Positions 20,576-31,240 are shown, numbered from the stretch's first letter. The stretch is DNA of 64,000 bases from Euryarchaeota archaeon UBA62 (GCA_002502095.1 DAPJ01000021.1:29069-93068), one strand, 5' to 3'. Numbers and translations: made by a program. The notes: a model not told the origin generated them from the letters alone.

Positions 20576-20977
20576 ATGGAAGGCACCTTCACATTCATGG
20601 GAATGTCAGTCACTAATCTTGCAAAACTATTCGGAGGAATCTTGGTAGTATGGGGAATTATAGCTTATTTTACGCAGAGCTCAGATCCTCCCTCTATCAC
20701 TGCAATGATTCCGGCATTCATGGGTCTTCCTTTACTGTCCTTGGGCCTACTAGCAGATTGGAATGAGTCCAATCTACACCACTATATGCACGCTGCCATG
20801 GTCTTCGCACTGCTAATGGTTCTCGGAGGTGCACAGGGACTTCTGGATATCGATGGAAAATCTCAGCTGGCCATCGGCTCTCATCTAATCTTAGTTGTTC
20901 TAGGAATAACTTTCATGGTCGCCGGAATAATGTCATTCAGACACGCTCGGAAACTAAGAGAATCTTCAGGTGTTTGA
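20576..20977 (+). CDS. Hypothetical membrane protein
   Basis: 133 aa with four hydrophobic helices and no family recognised. Confidence 0.4.
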   Translation: MEGTFTFMGMSVTNLAKLFGGILVVWGIIAYFTQSSDPPSITAMIPAFMGLPLLSLGLLADWNESNLHHYMHAAMVFALLMVLGGAQGLLDIDGKSQLAIGSHLILVVLGITFMVAGIMSFRHARKLRESSGV

Positions 20978-21667
20978 TTGCGTCCAGTCATTGGAATAAC
21001 ATGCTTCATGCGAGACACAGTTTATGGAAACTGGAGCAGGCATGCAGCAATTCTTCCTTCAGCTTATGTTTCAGCAGTAGAGAGGGCAGGAGGAATTCCG
21101 ATGATAATCCCTCCAGCTGGGGATATGACAGTCTTGTTGGGGGCTATTGATGGCCTCATTATCTCAGGCGGCCCCGATGTTTCTCCTGAGCAGTACGGAC
21201 AAAAACCAGAGCCAATGACAGTAGAGTTTTATCCCAATCAAGACGAAACTGAGATCAGCCTAATTTCCGAAGCACTGGAAAGAGATTTGCCCTTACTGGG
21301 GGTCTGCAGGGGAATGCAGATTCTTAGTGTAGCTCATGGCGGGTCTCTTCATCAGCATCTGGATAATACGCCCGGCCATGAGGGTCACGGAGGCTATGAT
21401 GGGATCTCGACAGAACATTCCGTAATCGTCGAAGAGAACTCCCTACTTTGCAGTTTGATGGGTACGTCCTTCTCAGTTAACTCAACACATCACCAAGGGG
21501 TATCGGATCCCGGATCACTCTCAATATCAGCAATAGCTGGGCACGATGGTTTGATTGAAGCAGTCGAGAGAAGGGATAAGAAATTCTGCTTAGGCGTTCA
21601 ATGGCATCCCGAGCGTTATGGGCATGACTTACTCTTCGCCGCACTCGTAGAAGCTGCGAGAAGTTGA
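20978..21667 (+). CDS. Gamma-glutamyl hydrolase-like class I amidotransferase (peptidase C26 / PuuD-like)
   Basis: GVCRGMQIL, HHQG, QWHPE. TTG start directly after the upstream stop. Confidence 0.75.
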   Translation: MRPVIGITCFMRDTVYGNWSRHAAILPSAYVSAVERAGGIPMIIPPAGDMTVLLGAIDGLIISGGPDVSPEQYGQKPEPMTVEFYPNQDETEISLISEALERDLPLLGVCRGMQILSVAHGGSLHQHLDNTPGHEGHGGYDGISTEHSVIVEENSLLCSLMGTSFSVNSTHHQGVSDPGSLSISAIAGHDGLIEAVERRDKKFCLGVQWHPERYGHDLLFAALVEAARS

Positions 21668-21693
21668 TGATGGCAACCCCTCTAGAAGGCACT

Positions 21694-23136
21694 ATGACGC
21701 TCAGGGTTTACGACACGCGATCGCGTTCAAAGCGTGTTTTCAAGCCCCTGGTTGAGGGCCAAGTAGGAATATATGCATGTGGCATAACCCCCTATTCCCC
21801 TAGCCACATAGGGCATGCTAGACAGGCCATAGCATTCGATATAATTGTCAGATGGCTCCGAAAGAGTGGATTCAAAGTCAATTACATCTCAAATTTCACA
21901 GATATCGATGACAAGATAATCTCTGTTTCTCTTGAGGAGGGCGTTAACTTTCTTGAAGTGGCTAACAGGAATATAGATGATTATTTCACCGTAATGGATG
22001 CTCTCAATGTGTTAAGGGCTGACGCATATCCTAGAGTTACTGAAACCATTCCAGAAATAATTGAGATGATTCAAGATTTGATTGATAAGAAACACGCTTA
22101 TGAGGCAGAGGATGGCGTTTATTTCGAGATAGACACAGCTCCGGAAAAATACGGCCAGCTAACCGGACAGACATTGGACATGGTTAGGAAAGGAGCCGGG
22201 GGCAGGGTCGACAATACTGGTTCAGGAAAGAGGGATCATAGAGACTTCGCACTTTGGAAATTAGCTAAGGAAGGAGAGCCCAATTGGGAGAGTCCGTGGG
22301 GAAATGGAAGACCAGGATGGCATATTGAATGTTCAGCAATGTCACTTAAGCACCTAGGGGAGAAATTCGATATCCATGGAGGGGGTTCAGATCTGGTATT
22401 CCCTCATCACGAGGCAGAGATTTTCCAGTCTGAATGTTGTCTGGGTCATGATCCAGTAGTCCAGTATTGGCTACATAATGGAATGATAAATATCGATGGA
22501 GAGAAGATGAGTAAATCTGTTGGTAATTTCTGGACAGTCAGTGACGCATTAGAGAAAATCGAACCTCTTGTACTCAGATATGCTCTGATTAATGCGCCAT
22601 ACAGACAGCCTGTAGATTTCAATTCCGTCATGATCGATGACTCAATCTCTCATCATGGTAGGTTGCTAAGCTCATATTCGGAAGCCCTATACTACTCTGA
22701 AGGAATCAGGAATGACTACTCAGGAATTGAACATCTCGACGAAGCCACTCGTAGAATCAGGGCCGGTATGGATGACGACTTCAATACCCGTATTGCTCTG
22801 GTAGAGATTCAGTCTGTAGTGAAATCACTTACATCGTTAATTGACTCAGACGAGAACGATACTCATCTGATGTCAGCCTATGTGCAGTGGCTAGAGGAAT
22901 TTGCGGGAGAAGTTCTGGGAATTCTGCCAACTCCAAGTGTAGCGATTTCTCTACATGAGGAAAAAATCTCGAGGAGATCCGAAATATCATCAAAAGTAGA
23001 ATCATTACTAGAGATGAGGGAATCTGCGAGGGCTTCAAAAAATTGGCCAGAGTCAGATAGGATAAGGGATGAGCTTACTGAAATGGGAGTAGTAGTTGAG
23101 GATAGCCCAGATGGCACAAAATGGAGAATAAGCTAG
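21694..23136 (+). CDS. cysS: Cysteinyl-tRNA synthetase
   Basis: HIGH variant (PSHIGHAR), KMSKS, WHIECS zinc-site region. Start trimmed to MTLRVYDT, the conserved N-terminus. Confidence 0.93.
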   Translation: MTLRVYDTRSRSKRVFKPLVEGQVGIYACGITPYSPSHIGHARQAIAFDIIVRWLRKSGFKVNYISNFTDIDDKIISVSLEEGVNFLEVANRNIDDYFTVMDALNVLRADAYPRVTETIPEIIEMIQDLIDKKHAYEAEDGVYFEIDTAPEKYGQLTGQTLDMVRKGAGGRVDNTGSGKRDHRDFALWKLAKEGEPNWESPWGNGRPGWHIECSAMSLKHLGEKFDIHGGGSDLVFPHHEAEIFQSECCLGHDPVVQYWLHNGMINIDGEKMSKSVGNFWTVSDALEKIEPLVLRYALINAPYRQPVDFNSVMIDDSISHHGRLLSSYSEALYYSEGIRNDYSGIEHLDEATRRIRAGMDDDFNTRIALVEIQSVVKSLTSLIDSDENDTHLMSAYVQWLEEFAGEVLGILPTPSVAISLHEEKISRRSEISSKVESLLEMRESARASKNWPESDRIRDELTEMGVVVEDSPDGTKWRIS

Positions 23137-23151
23137 TATAATTCTACCAAC

Positions 23152-25683
23152 TCATTCATCTTCTCGTATCAGTGACCCGAACACCGTCTTTCTGAAGAGG
23201 GCCACAAAAGAGACTAGAAGGACTATTCCCACTATGACACTCGGAGTGAAAAATCCATCACTACTTCCCTGGTCTTCCCCCAGCAAAGGATCTTCGGTAC
23301 CGGTGTTCTGTACGTACTCCACATTGTGTCTGCAACTAACTTCCTCGGGATAGACTCCAGCATCGGTACATATCCTTCCAGGTACTGTGAACGCTTCAGA
23401 TACGTCTAGCATACAGAAAGAGGACTCCCCTGAAATGATGCACTCCTCCGTTTCTTCCATTACGATAAGTATCGAGCCACAGAGAACCTGCTCTCCATCC
23501 CTATCTGTTAGCGATGGATGTTCTGAGAGGCACTCCTCCAGATGGACCCCCTCTTCCAGAGAAGTCGGATGAGCTATGTATCCCCCTCTTGGTCCAAAGC
23601 TATTGAAGAAGTCTGGCAGCACTGGACGAGGTACTATTGGTTCTCCCCCTCCCTGCGAAATATTCGTAGCAATAGGGTCCGCTCCGCCAACAGTCCCTCC
23701 AATCCTGTGGCCGTCTTCATCTAATTCAACGTCATAGAATTCTGTCCACAAATCGATGCTCCTTCCATTCTGGAACGAAGGAGTCCTATTCAGGACATCG
23801 AAATAACGGTCATCGCCCATGGTGAATAGATATTCAATGGGAACGTCCTTTCCCTCGTTACACCCGCTAAGATATTCCATCATTTCTGAGAAGGTCTGCT
23901 GAGCCTCGGGAACTCCATCATAGGTAATATCAACAGCCTTTCTAAATCCATCTCCCTGTATTATTTCGACTTCATCATCCAATGCCTGCATGATATCCAC
24001 ATCGCCGAACACTGGCAGGCCCCCCACGACTACCAATCTAACATCGGGATCGATCGCTTCAATCACGTTCCTGTATGGGTCGGCTTCAAATGTATCCAAG
24101 ACAACTAAGTCCGCGGCAAGGCCACTCTGGATTCTACCAGTGTGATCAGACCATCCAATAGCATCAACTACATTGGTAGTAATCGTCTGAACCAACTCAT
24201 AATCGGAGAAAATATCTCCAAGAACATTCCTGTCCCACCAATCAGCAATCTTCAGTTCGTGCATAGAGCTCTTAGATCCTGACGGGCTCCAGTCAGGTCC
24301 AATCATGATATTCACTCCCTCTGATTTGGCAGTGTAGATATCAGTCGTCTCCCCATATAGTAGGAGATTCGAGGTCGGTGACCAAGCGAGACTACCTCCT
24401 ATATCGCCCAGAGCAGAGAACTCAGGTTGGGTCAGTCCCGTTCCGTGGATGATGACTATCTCCTCCACGAGCAAGTCATTCTGGACCAAGACATCAAACT
24501 CCGATCTACTGGACTCATCGATGCCCTCCGCCAAATGTATGAACCATGCATCCAGATTGCCATTTGAGTTGCCTTGCTTGATGTGATTGCCTTCATAGTC
24601 AGACTCAATTTCTGTCACCTTGGTATGGATTTGGTCCTTTCCGAAGTTGTAGTACTCAATATTCCTAGCTAGCATTGTTTGGAAAGTATCCTTGTTTGAG
24701 GTTGAGCTTCCTTGAATAGCAGTATTCCCACCTGCAATAGCCCTCAATTCTGCGAATCTCATAGTTGATGAATCAGATGTAGAGCAGCCCACATCCTTGG
24801 CATCACGATATGCATCATCAGCCTGCCACTGATACCTATTCTGCCAACCACTAGTCCCGTGGTCCCATAGTGGGATAATGTTGTAATGAGCGTGGTTATG
24901 AGGGTCTATGAATCCTGGATAAATCGTACCACTAGTAGGTATTGAAACTACTCCCTCGGCTGAACTTGGAGTTGGTTCCGACGAACTCCAAACCTCCTCG
25001 ATGACCCCATCTCGTATGAGTATCCTGCCATCATCGATAACATCAGTCTGGGATTCCATAGTTACTACTCTGCCTTCCAAGATATACTCTCCTCTGTGGA
25101 TATGATCCTCTGGTGGGTAGCAGTTCCCCATCAGATGGTTAACGCCGACCCATTCTTGATCGTTAGCTCCTCCTGGAGTAGGGGTTGAATCGGATAGCTT
25201 TGCCCAACCTCCATCGCTCCCATAGCCATATGGGGTCCCAAAGTCAGAGTCTTCCGAAGGATAGCTTACAGAGTCTATCTCCAAACCCTCGCCATTGCTA
25301 ATTGTGACCGTATCCCCCTCCCAGTAGTCAAACTCAATATTGGTCTGTGCCCTATAGAATACAACATAGGCACCAGGCTCAATGATAGTCCCCCAAGCTA
25401 TACTGCACATTGGCGAACCGCCGTTCTCCAAGTCATCTATCCACCATCCCCCTATATCTATAGCAGAATCAGTAGGGTTGTGCAATTCTAGGAACTGGTT
25501 AGAGAACCTTCCAATTTCTCCATCTCCATTCCAATCTATCCCTCCATACTCCTCGCTATTTGGAGATACGTATATCTCGTTGATAATGACCGAATCCCCC
25601 ACTCCCTGCGCTGAAGTAGTGGTAATCGGCGATGATACGACTAGAATCAACAAGGCAGTCACGACAAGTGACCCGGCGCGCAT
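23152..25683 (-). CDS. Secreted lamin-tail-domain plus amidohydrolase-superfamily protein with C-terminal TM anchor
   Basis: Signal-like N-terminus (MRAGSLVVTALLILVV). LTD-like INEIYVSPN..FLELHNPTDSAIDIGGWWIDD. Metal-dependent hydrolase motif PGFIDPHNHAHYN with later IHLAEG and GPDWSPSG. Terminal TM helix VIVGIVLLVSFVALF. Start trimmed from 25755. Confidence 0.65.
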   Translation of the reverse strand: MRAGSLVVTALLILVVSSPITTTSAQGVGDSVIINEIYVSPNSEEYGGIDWNGDGEIGRFSNQFLELHNPTDSAIDIGGWWIDDLENGGSPMCSIAWGTIIEPGAYVVFYRAQTNIEFDYWEGDTVTISNGEGLEIDSVSYPSEDSDFGTPYGYGSDGGWAKLSDSTPTPGGANDQEWVGVNHLMGNCYPPEDHIHRGEYILEGRVVTMESQTDVIDDGRILIRDGVIEEVWSSSEPTPSSAEGVVSIPTSGTIYPGFIDPHNHAHYNIIPLWDHGTSGWQNRYQWQADDAYRDAKDVGCSTSDSSTMRFAELRAIAGGNTAIQGSSTSNKDTFQTMLARNIEYYNFGKDQIHTKVTEIESDYEGNHIKQGNSNGNLDAWFIHLAEGIDESSRSEFDVLVQNDLLVEEIVIIHGTGLTQPEFSALGDIGGSLAWSPTSNLLLYGETTDIYTAKSEGVNIMIGPDWSPSGSKSSMHELKIADWWDRNVLGDIFSDYELVQTITTNVVDAIGWSDHTGRIQSGLAADLVVLDTFEADPYRNVIEAIDPDVRLVVVGGLPVFGDVDIMQALDDEVEIIQGDGFRKAVDITYDGVPEAQQTFSEMMEYLSGCNEGKDVPIEYLFTMGDDRYFDVLNRTPSFQNGRSIDLWTEFYDVELDEDGHRIGGTVGGADPIATNISQGGGEPIVPRPVLPDFFNSFGPRGGYIAHPTSLEEGVHLEECLSEHPSLTDRDGEQVLCGSILIVMEETEECIISGESSFCMLDVSEAFTVPGRICTDAGVYPEEVSCRHNVEYVQNTGTEDPLLGEDQGSSDGFFTPSVIVGIVLLVSFVALFRKTVFGSLIREDE

Positions 25684-25772
25684 GATATGCCGATGGAACG
25701 ATATGACTTCAACCCAACTATACAGGAGCATTGAGGGCGAAGTGCGAAATAGCACTATTTCTGCCCAGCTTC

Positions 25773-27248
25773 ATGTCTGGCATTAGGGCAACCTGTGTCG
25801 CACTCGTTACAATCATGTTCTCCTCCGTTTCCCTGTCTGGATGTATACATGATGCAATTATTGAGAATCTGAGTGTCCCCTATCCAGAATGGTATGGAGA
25901 AATGGAATTTATCGATGATCCAATGAGTCACACAGACTCCTGTTTCAGTACTCCATGTGTGAGAAATTTCACAATAGGAGAGCCATTCTCAGATGAAATC
26001 TGGGACGAGACTGGCAACAAATGGGCTGTTTTTGGGAATGTCGAGGGAGGCAATTGCTGTGAGCACTACCTCGCCGCTACCAAGGAGGGTTGGATAATGA
26101 ATTTTGGAGGTGAGTACCCTACTTGGTCCGAAGATAGGGGGCATACATGGCAGGAGTATCAACCCTCAATATTCTCTCAGCTGGGGTGCATGGAGCCCAA
26201 GCCAACAGTACCTGGACAGGAGGGGCTGGGAGAGGGAAGTATAGTTCAGGCGACCAATGGGGATATTATTTCCATGGGGTGGTTCCCATATCCGAGTGCG
26301 AGTGGCGCCGATCAATTCTATGCGTTCTTCTATGACGCCGAAGACGAAGAGTGGAGTTGGTGTTTCAACAGAACTCCAGAGCCTTTCTATGATCGTTCAT
26401 GGCAAGTCGAGGTAATAGGCCCGATTAACGGCGGACTCTACGGCAATGGGCCATGGGCCAGTCTTGTAATTTCCAACTTCTGGCATCAAGTACAGAATGT
26501 AGGAGGTCAGATTTCCACTGATGGACTAAATTACGAATACTTCGGATTCCCAGATAGAGATACTGATTTGGATATAATGGAAGTAGACCTGGATCCTTCT
26601 GAACTGGGCACTGAGTGGGATTTCACTAAGCCCCATAAAGAGATGAGGGCTTTCCCGGTTCCCTCAGGAGGCCTGTACTTCCCAGACTACTTCATTGATG
26701 GCAGGGATGCGTTTCTCGATACCTCGCTCAATTGGTGGACAGGGGTTACTTTAGCTGGGAATTCTCTACCCTCTCAGTATTGTGCATTTGACTCATCAAC
26801 AGCTCTACATTGCGTCACTACGAGTAATTCTAACCTCACCCATATGCTCTCTTGGGATGGGGGGGAGACATGGGAGAACCAATCCTATGACCTCTCAATA
26901 GAGGCCACAGGATTGGAAGAGTGGGAATTTCACTCCAATGGAATGCACGACTTATTCGTTCTGAATGTGAGGTATCAGAGCTCCTCCGGGCCCGATGTCG
27001 ATATAGCTTGGCATGTTAGGGACTTCTCGGAGAGTATGGTTCCAGACTCAAGGACCTATATCGGGCAAGGCGATCTTGACTCGACATCAGGAGCAGGAAA
27101 TGATATCAGATTTGACTTCGCTAGCATGGGGATCCTTCCAGATGGTGGCTCATTCATAGCGTATCAGGATTCTACCGACCCTGATCCATTATTCTCTGTG
27201 GAGTTATTACTGCCATCAGGATACATAGCAAAATCTCAAACATTCTAG
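25773..27248 (+). CDS. Lipoprotein with BNR/Asp-box repeats (sialidase-like beta-propeller)
   Basis: Lipobox-like SLSGC. Asp-box motifs SEDRGHTWQ and SWDGGETWE. Start trimmed to MSGIRATC. Confidence 0.55.
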   Translation: MSGIRATCVALVTIMFSSVSLSGCIHDAIIENLSVPYPEWYGEMEFIDDPMSHTDSCFSTPCVRNFTIGEPFSDEIWDETGNKWAVFGNVEGGNCCEHYLAATKEGWIMNFGGEYPTWSEDRGHTWQEYQPSIFSQLGCMEPKPTVPGQEGLGEGSIVQATNGDIISMGWFPYPSASGADQFYAFFYDAEDEEWSWCFNRTPEPFYDRSWQVEVIGPINGGLYGNGPWASLVISNFWHQVQNVGGQISTDGLNYEYFGFPDRDTDLDIMEVDLDPSELGTEWDFTKPHKEMRAFPVPSGGLYFPDYFIDGRDAFLDTSLNWWTGVTLAGNSLPSQYCAFDSSTALHCVTTSNSNLTHMLSWDGGETWENQSYDLSIEATGLEEWEFHSNGMHDLFVLNVRYQSSSGPDVDIAWHVRDFSESMVPDSRTYIGQGDLDSTSGAGNDIRFDFASMGILPDGGSFIAYQDSTDPDPLFSVELLLPSGYIAKSQTF

Positions 27249-27294
27249 AGGAAGAAGCAAGATTTCAACCGACTGATATAGACATAGACTAGTA

Positions 27295-30200
27295 TCAAGT
27301 CTTCTCGATATGGACCGATATCTTCACTCCATCTACTTCGAATTCTATGGAGTTATCATTAGCCACTCCCTCGTTCAGATATGCTTTCTCTGAGCGAGTC
27401 TCAGATACTACTCGCTCCCAGTCTCGATTGGATAATTTACCGTCTTCGATCCAAACGCTAAGATTTATGGTCGCCTCAATTTCTAGGTCCAAATCCTTCC
27501 TTTTAGCCTGAATTCTCCTAATTATATCTCTGGAAAGGCCTTTGGAAAGGAGATCTTCATCAACTTCCATATCCAAGACTAGGGAGACATCCCCATAATC
27601 CCCGGAGAGCGTCTCGGCGGCAAAACCTTCCCTTTCAACTCTCTTTATGTCAATATCACTGTCATTTATTTCATATCCTCCGACAGCAGCAATTCCAGCC
27701 TCAATCTCAAGTAGTAATGACTCAGGATCAATCATTTGTAACTCAGAGAGAACATTCGGGAGGTCAGCTCTACACTTAGCTCCAAGAGCCTTCCTATTAG
27801 GCACGATTTCGATCTTCTGGAAAGTATCCAAGTCGTCTATGACGCTGATTTCCTCAACATTAAGCTCCTCCGAGAGAATTTCATGGAAGCTCGAGAGGTC
27901 AGGACCGCCAACTATCCATCCAGACCTACATGGAAGCCTCTGCCTCCTCCCAGCATCTACCCTTACTCTCCTGCCCGCTTCAGCAATTGACCTAACCAAT
28001 TCCATTTCCATTTCTACCAAGGGATCAACGGGAGGAAGGGTACTCTCGACAATATCAGAACCAACAGGCCAATCCGCCAAGTGAACAGACGATCCAGTCA
28101 GTCCTCTATGTATTGCGTCAGATACGAAAGGAGAGACAGGAGCCATAAGCCTACAAACTATCAGGAGAACTTCATGGAGTGTGTTCTGACAAGAATGCTT
28201 ATCCGTACTATCCACTTCATTCCATAGCCTCCTTCGTGACCTTCTAACATACCAGTTTGAAAGATCATTAACTACGAATGCCTCGAGATCCCTTCCAGCT
28301 TTATGAAAGTCCCATCGAACGAATTTATCATGATATTCCTGTGCCATCGATGAAGCCTTCGATAAAATCCATCTGTCAAGATGGCTTCTCTCTTCTAGTG
28401 GGACAAATGTATCTCCATTACCAGGGTCAAATCCATCGAGTGAGGCGTAATCGGCATGGAACTTGTATACATTCCACAATGTCAAAAACATCTTCGCGTA
28501 AGACTCCCTCACTCCATTCGGATCGAAGTTCGTAGGCGACCAAGGGGCACTCTGAGTTGTCATATACCATCTGATTGAATCAGCACCTTCCTTGTTGAAG
28601 TGGTCCCAGGGGTTCACGACATTTCCCTTCGACTTACTCATCTTCTTCCCGTCCTTATCGAGAATATGGCCAAGAGATAGGCATCTACGGTAGGAGATAC
28701 TATCGAAAACTGTAGTGGAAACCGCCATCAAAGAATAGAACCAACCTCTGGTCTGATCTACTGCTTCACAGATGTAATCGACTGGGAACGAGCCATCGAA
28801 CTTATCCTCATTTTCGAAGGGGTAGTGCCATTGAGCGAATGACGCACAACCAGAGTCAAACCAGCAATCCATTACATAGGGTTCCCTAATCATCTCGCCA
28901 TCGCATTCCACTTGCGGGCAAGAGAGGGTAATCTCGTCTACATACGGCCTGTGTAGTTCTGGTGGCATTTCCGAGGATTCAGTCTTCATTTCCGAGAGCT
29001 CTTCTATACTTCCAACACAATGTTCGCTCCCGCATTCCTTGCAAATCCATACTGGCAGAGGGGTGCCCCAGTATCTTTCCCTGCTGATTGCCCAGTCCTT
29101 GATATTGGATAGCCATTCCCCCATTCTCTTGGATCCAGTCCACTCAGGTGCCCATTCTACTTCTGAGTTGTACTGAAGTATCTTTTCTTTCACTGCAGTC
29201 ATTCTAACGAACCAGCTGTCCATTGCATAGTACAGTAACGGATGGTCGGTCCTCCAACAGTGAGGATAATCGTGAGTATACGAGTGCTCTCTGTAAAGGA
29301 GCCCTTCCTTCTCCAGTAGATCAATGATAATATCATCGCACTCTTTAACATACTTGCCATCAATATCATTGTGGGTTCCTTGGATAAATTTGCCGTCCAT
29401 CCCCACGGTATGTTGCGCTGGAAATCCGACTTCCATGCCAAGACTGTAGTCGTCCTCACCATACATAACCGCAGTATGCACAACCCCGGTTCCATCAGTA
29501 GTGGTGACAAAGTCCGCCCCTACTATGGTCCATGCAGATGGATGCCCCTCTCCCTCAATGGCCCCGGGGAAAAGTGGCTTGTATGATTTTCCAATTATTT
29601 CTGAACCGGGAAACTCGTCTAATACCTCCATGTGGTTTCTCAATACATTACCAATCAGGTCCTTGGCCAGTATCAACTCTTCACCAACCTCTGCTCCTCC
29701 TCTGCCTTCCCAAGAATCAGACGGGCCAGAGGTTATCTTTACTCTGCAGTAGGTTAGATCCGGACCAACTGCAAGACCTACATTGCCCGGAAGTGTCCAA
29801 GGAGTAGTAGTCCAAGCCAACACAGAAGCTTCATCCTCCAGAAGCTTGAATTTCACGAATACTGCAGGCTCGGTAACCTCTTTGTAACCTAGTGAAACCT
29901 CGTGGCTAGAGTAGCTAGTTCCGGTTTGAGGGCAATATGGTAGAACCTTATGGCCTCTAAATAGAAGGCCCTTATCGAACATCTGCTTCAATGACCACCA
30001 TGCCGACTCTATGTATTGGTCATGCAGAGTTACATAGGGGTCGTCAAGATCGACCCAGAACCCCATCCTCTCTGTCATTTCTCTCCAGGTCTCTTCGTAA
30101 GTCCACACGCTCTCCTTACATTTCTCGTTGAATTCTTTCATGCCATAGGCTTCAATCTCTTCGTTGGACATTAGGTTTAGTTGCTTCTGCACCTCAATCT

Positions 30201-30483
30201 CTACCGGTAGACCGTGAGTGTCCCATCCTGCCTTTCTTTCAACCACATGCCCTTGCATTGTCTTCCATCTGCATACCATATCTTTGAACAGCCTCGAAAT
30301 TACATGATGGATTCCCGGTTTCCCATTGGCAGTGGGTGGCCCTTCAAGAAATGTGAAAGCGGATCCATGCCCTCTCCTTGACTCAATGGATTTGGCAAAA
30401 GTCCCCTCCACTCTCCAAGTATCCATCAAGGAGCTCTCCAGGGCAACTGGATCAAACTCACCCGCAGGCTCGGGCACTACCAT
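27295..30483 (-). CDS. ileS: Isoleucyl-tRNA synthetase
   Basis: EGPPTANGKPGIHHV (HIGH region), KMSKSKGN, and large CP1/editing and anticodon-binding regions. Start trimmed from 30573 to MVVPEP, leaving a 99-bp divergent promoter gap. Confidence 0.93.
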   Translation of the reverse strand: MVVPEPAGEFDPVALESSLMDTWRVEGTFAKSIESRRGHGSAFTFLEGPPTANGKPGIHHVISRLFKDMVCRWKTMQGHVVERKAGWDTHGLPVEIEVQKQLNLMSNEEIEAYGMKEFNEKCKESVWTYEETWREMTERMGFWVDLDDPYVTLHDQYIESAWWSLKQMFDKGLLFRGHKVLPYCPQTGTSYSSHEVSLGYKEVTEPAVFVKFKLLEDEASVLAWTTTPWTLPGNVGLAVGPDLTYCRVKITSGPSDSWEGRGGAEVGEELILAKDLIGNVLRNHMEVLDEFPGSEIIGKSYKPLFPGAIEGEGHPSAWTIVGADFVTTTDGTGVVHTAVMYGEDDYSLGMEVGFPAQHTVGMDGKFIQGTHNDIDGKYVKECDDIIIDLLEKEGLLYREHSYTHDYPHCWRTDHPLLYYAMDSWFVRMTAVKEKILQYNSEVEWAPEWTGSKRMGEWLSNIKDWAISRERYWGTPLPVWICKECGSEHCVGSIEELSEMKTESSEMPPELHRPYVDEITLSCPQVECDGEMIREPYVMDCWFDSGCASFAQWHYPFENEDKFDGSFPVDYICEAVDQTRGWFYSLMAVSTTVFDSISYRRCLSLGHILDKDGKKMSKSKGNVVNPWDHFNKEGADSIRWYMTTQSAPWSPTNFDPNGVRESYAKMFLTLWNVYKFHADYASLDGFDPGNGDTFVPLEERSHLDRWILSKASSMAQEYHDKFVRWDFHKAGRDLEAFVVNDLSNWYVRRSRRRLWNEVDSTDKHSCQNTLHEVLLIVCRLMAPVSPFVSDAIHRGLTGSSVHLADWPVGSDIVESTLPPVDPLVEMEMELVRSIAEAGRRVRVDAGRRQRLPCRSGWIVGGPDLSSFHEILSEELNVEEISVIDDLDTFQKIEIVPNRKALGAKCRADLPNVLSELQMIDPESLLLEIEAGIAAVGGYEINDSDIDIKRVEREGFAAETLSGDYGDVSLVLDMEVDEDLLSKGLSRDIIRRIQAKRKDLDLEIEATINLSVWIEDGKLSNRDWERVVSETRSEKAYLNEGVANDNSIEFEVDGVKISVHIEKT

Positions 30484-30582
30484 GACATCGCGAGCAAAGG
30501 CATCGTATTGAATATGACTCGTTATCAGATTCGGACATATCTCACTAGTAGAGTTCAATAATGTCTTCGCCAACGCCGTGAT

Positions 30583-31230
30583 ATGACAGAGACGCTGACA
30601 GTCAATGTCGGAGGCATGACCTGTGACGGTTGTTCGTCAAATGTGTCTTCAGCTCTAAATTCACTAGCTTCAGTTTCATCTGCAGATGTATCTCATGTAA
30701 CCGGGACTGCTGTCATCACTCACTCGGGAGCTACCTTCGAGGAGATAAAACTCGCAATTCAGAAGTCCGGATATCTTGTAGACGGAGAGTCAGAACCATT
30801 CAACTGGACAGACGGTCCTGTGTGGAGGCAGTCTGCCCATAACACGAAATGGTGTTTGGTCGGTTGCAGTATCGGAGACTTCGGAACCATCGCCGCATTC
30901 CAATTTATTCCTTATTTTAATGATCTTGGTTGGTCTACAATGTCGATTATGCTACTTGCGATGTTCAATGGAATAATGACCTCTATCGCTCTTGAGACAT
31001 TCATCCTATCTGCACAGATGGCATTGAACGAAGCTTTCAGAGTCGCTATTGGAATGTCTCTAATTTCGATGATTTCAATGGAAGCGGCTATGAATATTGT
31101 TGATGTCGTTCTGACTGGAGGGGCCAAGCTGACTTTATGGGTCATAATTCCGATGTTGGTCGCAGGATTCCTGACGCCATGGCCCTACAACTACTGGAGA
31201 CTCAAGAAGTACGGAGTAGCTTGCCATTAG
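30583..31230 (+). CDS. Heavy-metal-associated (HMA) domain fused to a DUF4396-like membrane domain
   Basis: N-terminal GMTCDGC metal-binding motif in a ferredoxin-like HMA context. The membrane part has WCLVGCSIGDFG, resembling the DUF4396 signature. Confidence 0.6.
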   Translation: MTETLTVNVGGMTCDGCSSNVSSALNSLASVSSADVSHVTGTAVITHSGATFEEIKLAIQKSGYLVDGESEPFNWTDGPVWRQSAHNTKWCLVGCSIGDFGTIAAFQFIPYFNDLGWSTMSIMLLAMFNGIMTSIALETFILSAQMALNEAFRVAIGMSLISMISMEAAMNIVDVVLTGGAKLTLWVIIPMLVAGFLTPWPYNYWRLKKYGVACH

Positions 31231-31240
31231 GTGATGTATC

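Noticed and set aside
27295-30573. ORF-track N-terminal extensions taken at face value: ileS to 30573, LTD-amidohydrolase to 25755, BNR protein from 25731, GATase to 9697, DMT to 61771, DUF4105-like to 63876, cysS from 21664.
   Set aside because: The extensions overlap divergent neighbours or the tRNA. They precede the conserved N-terminal blocks or signal peptides. I trimmed each to an internal start, with the stated uncertainty.
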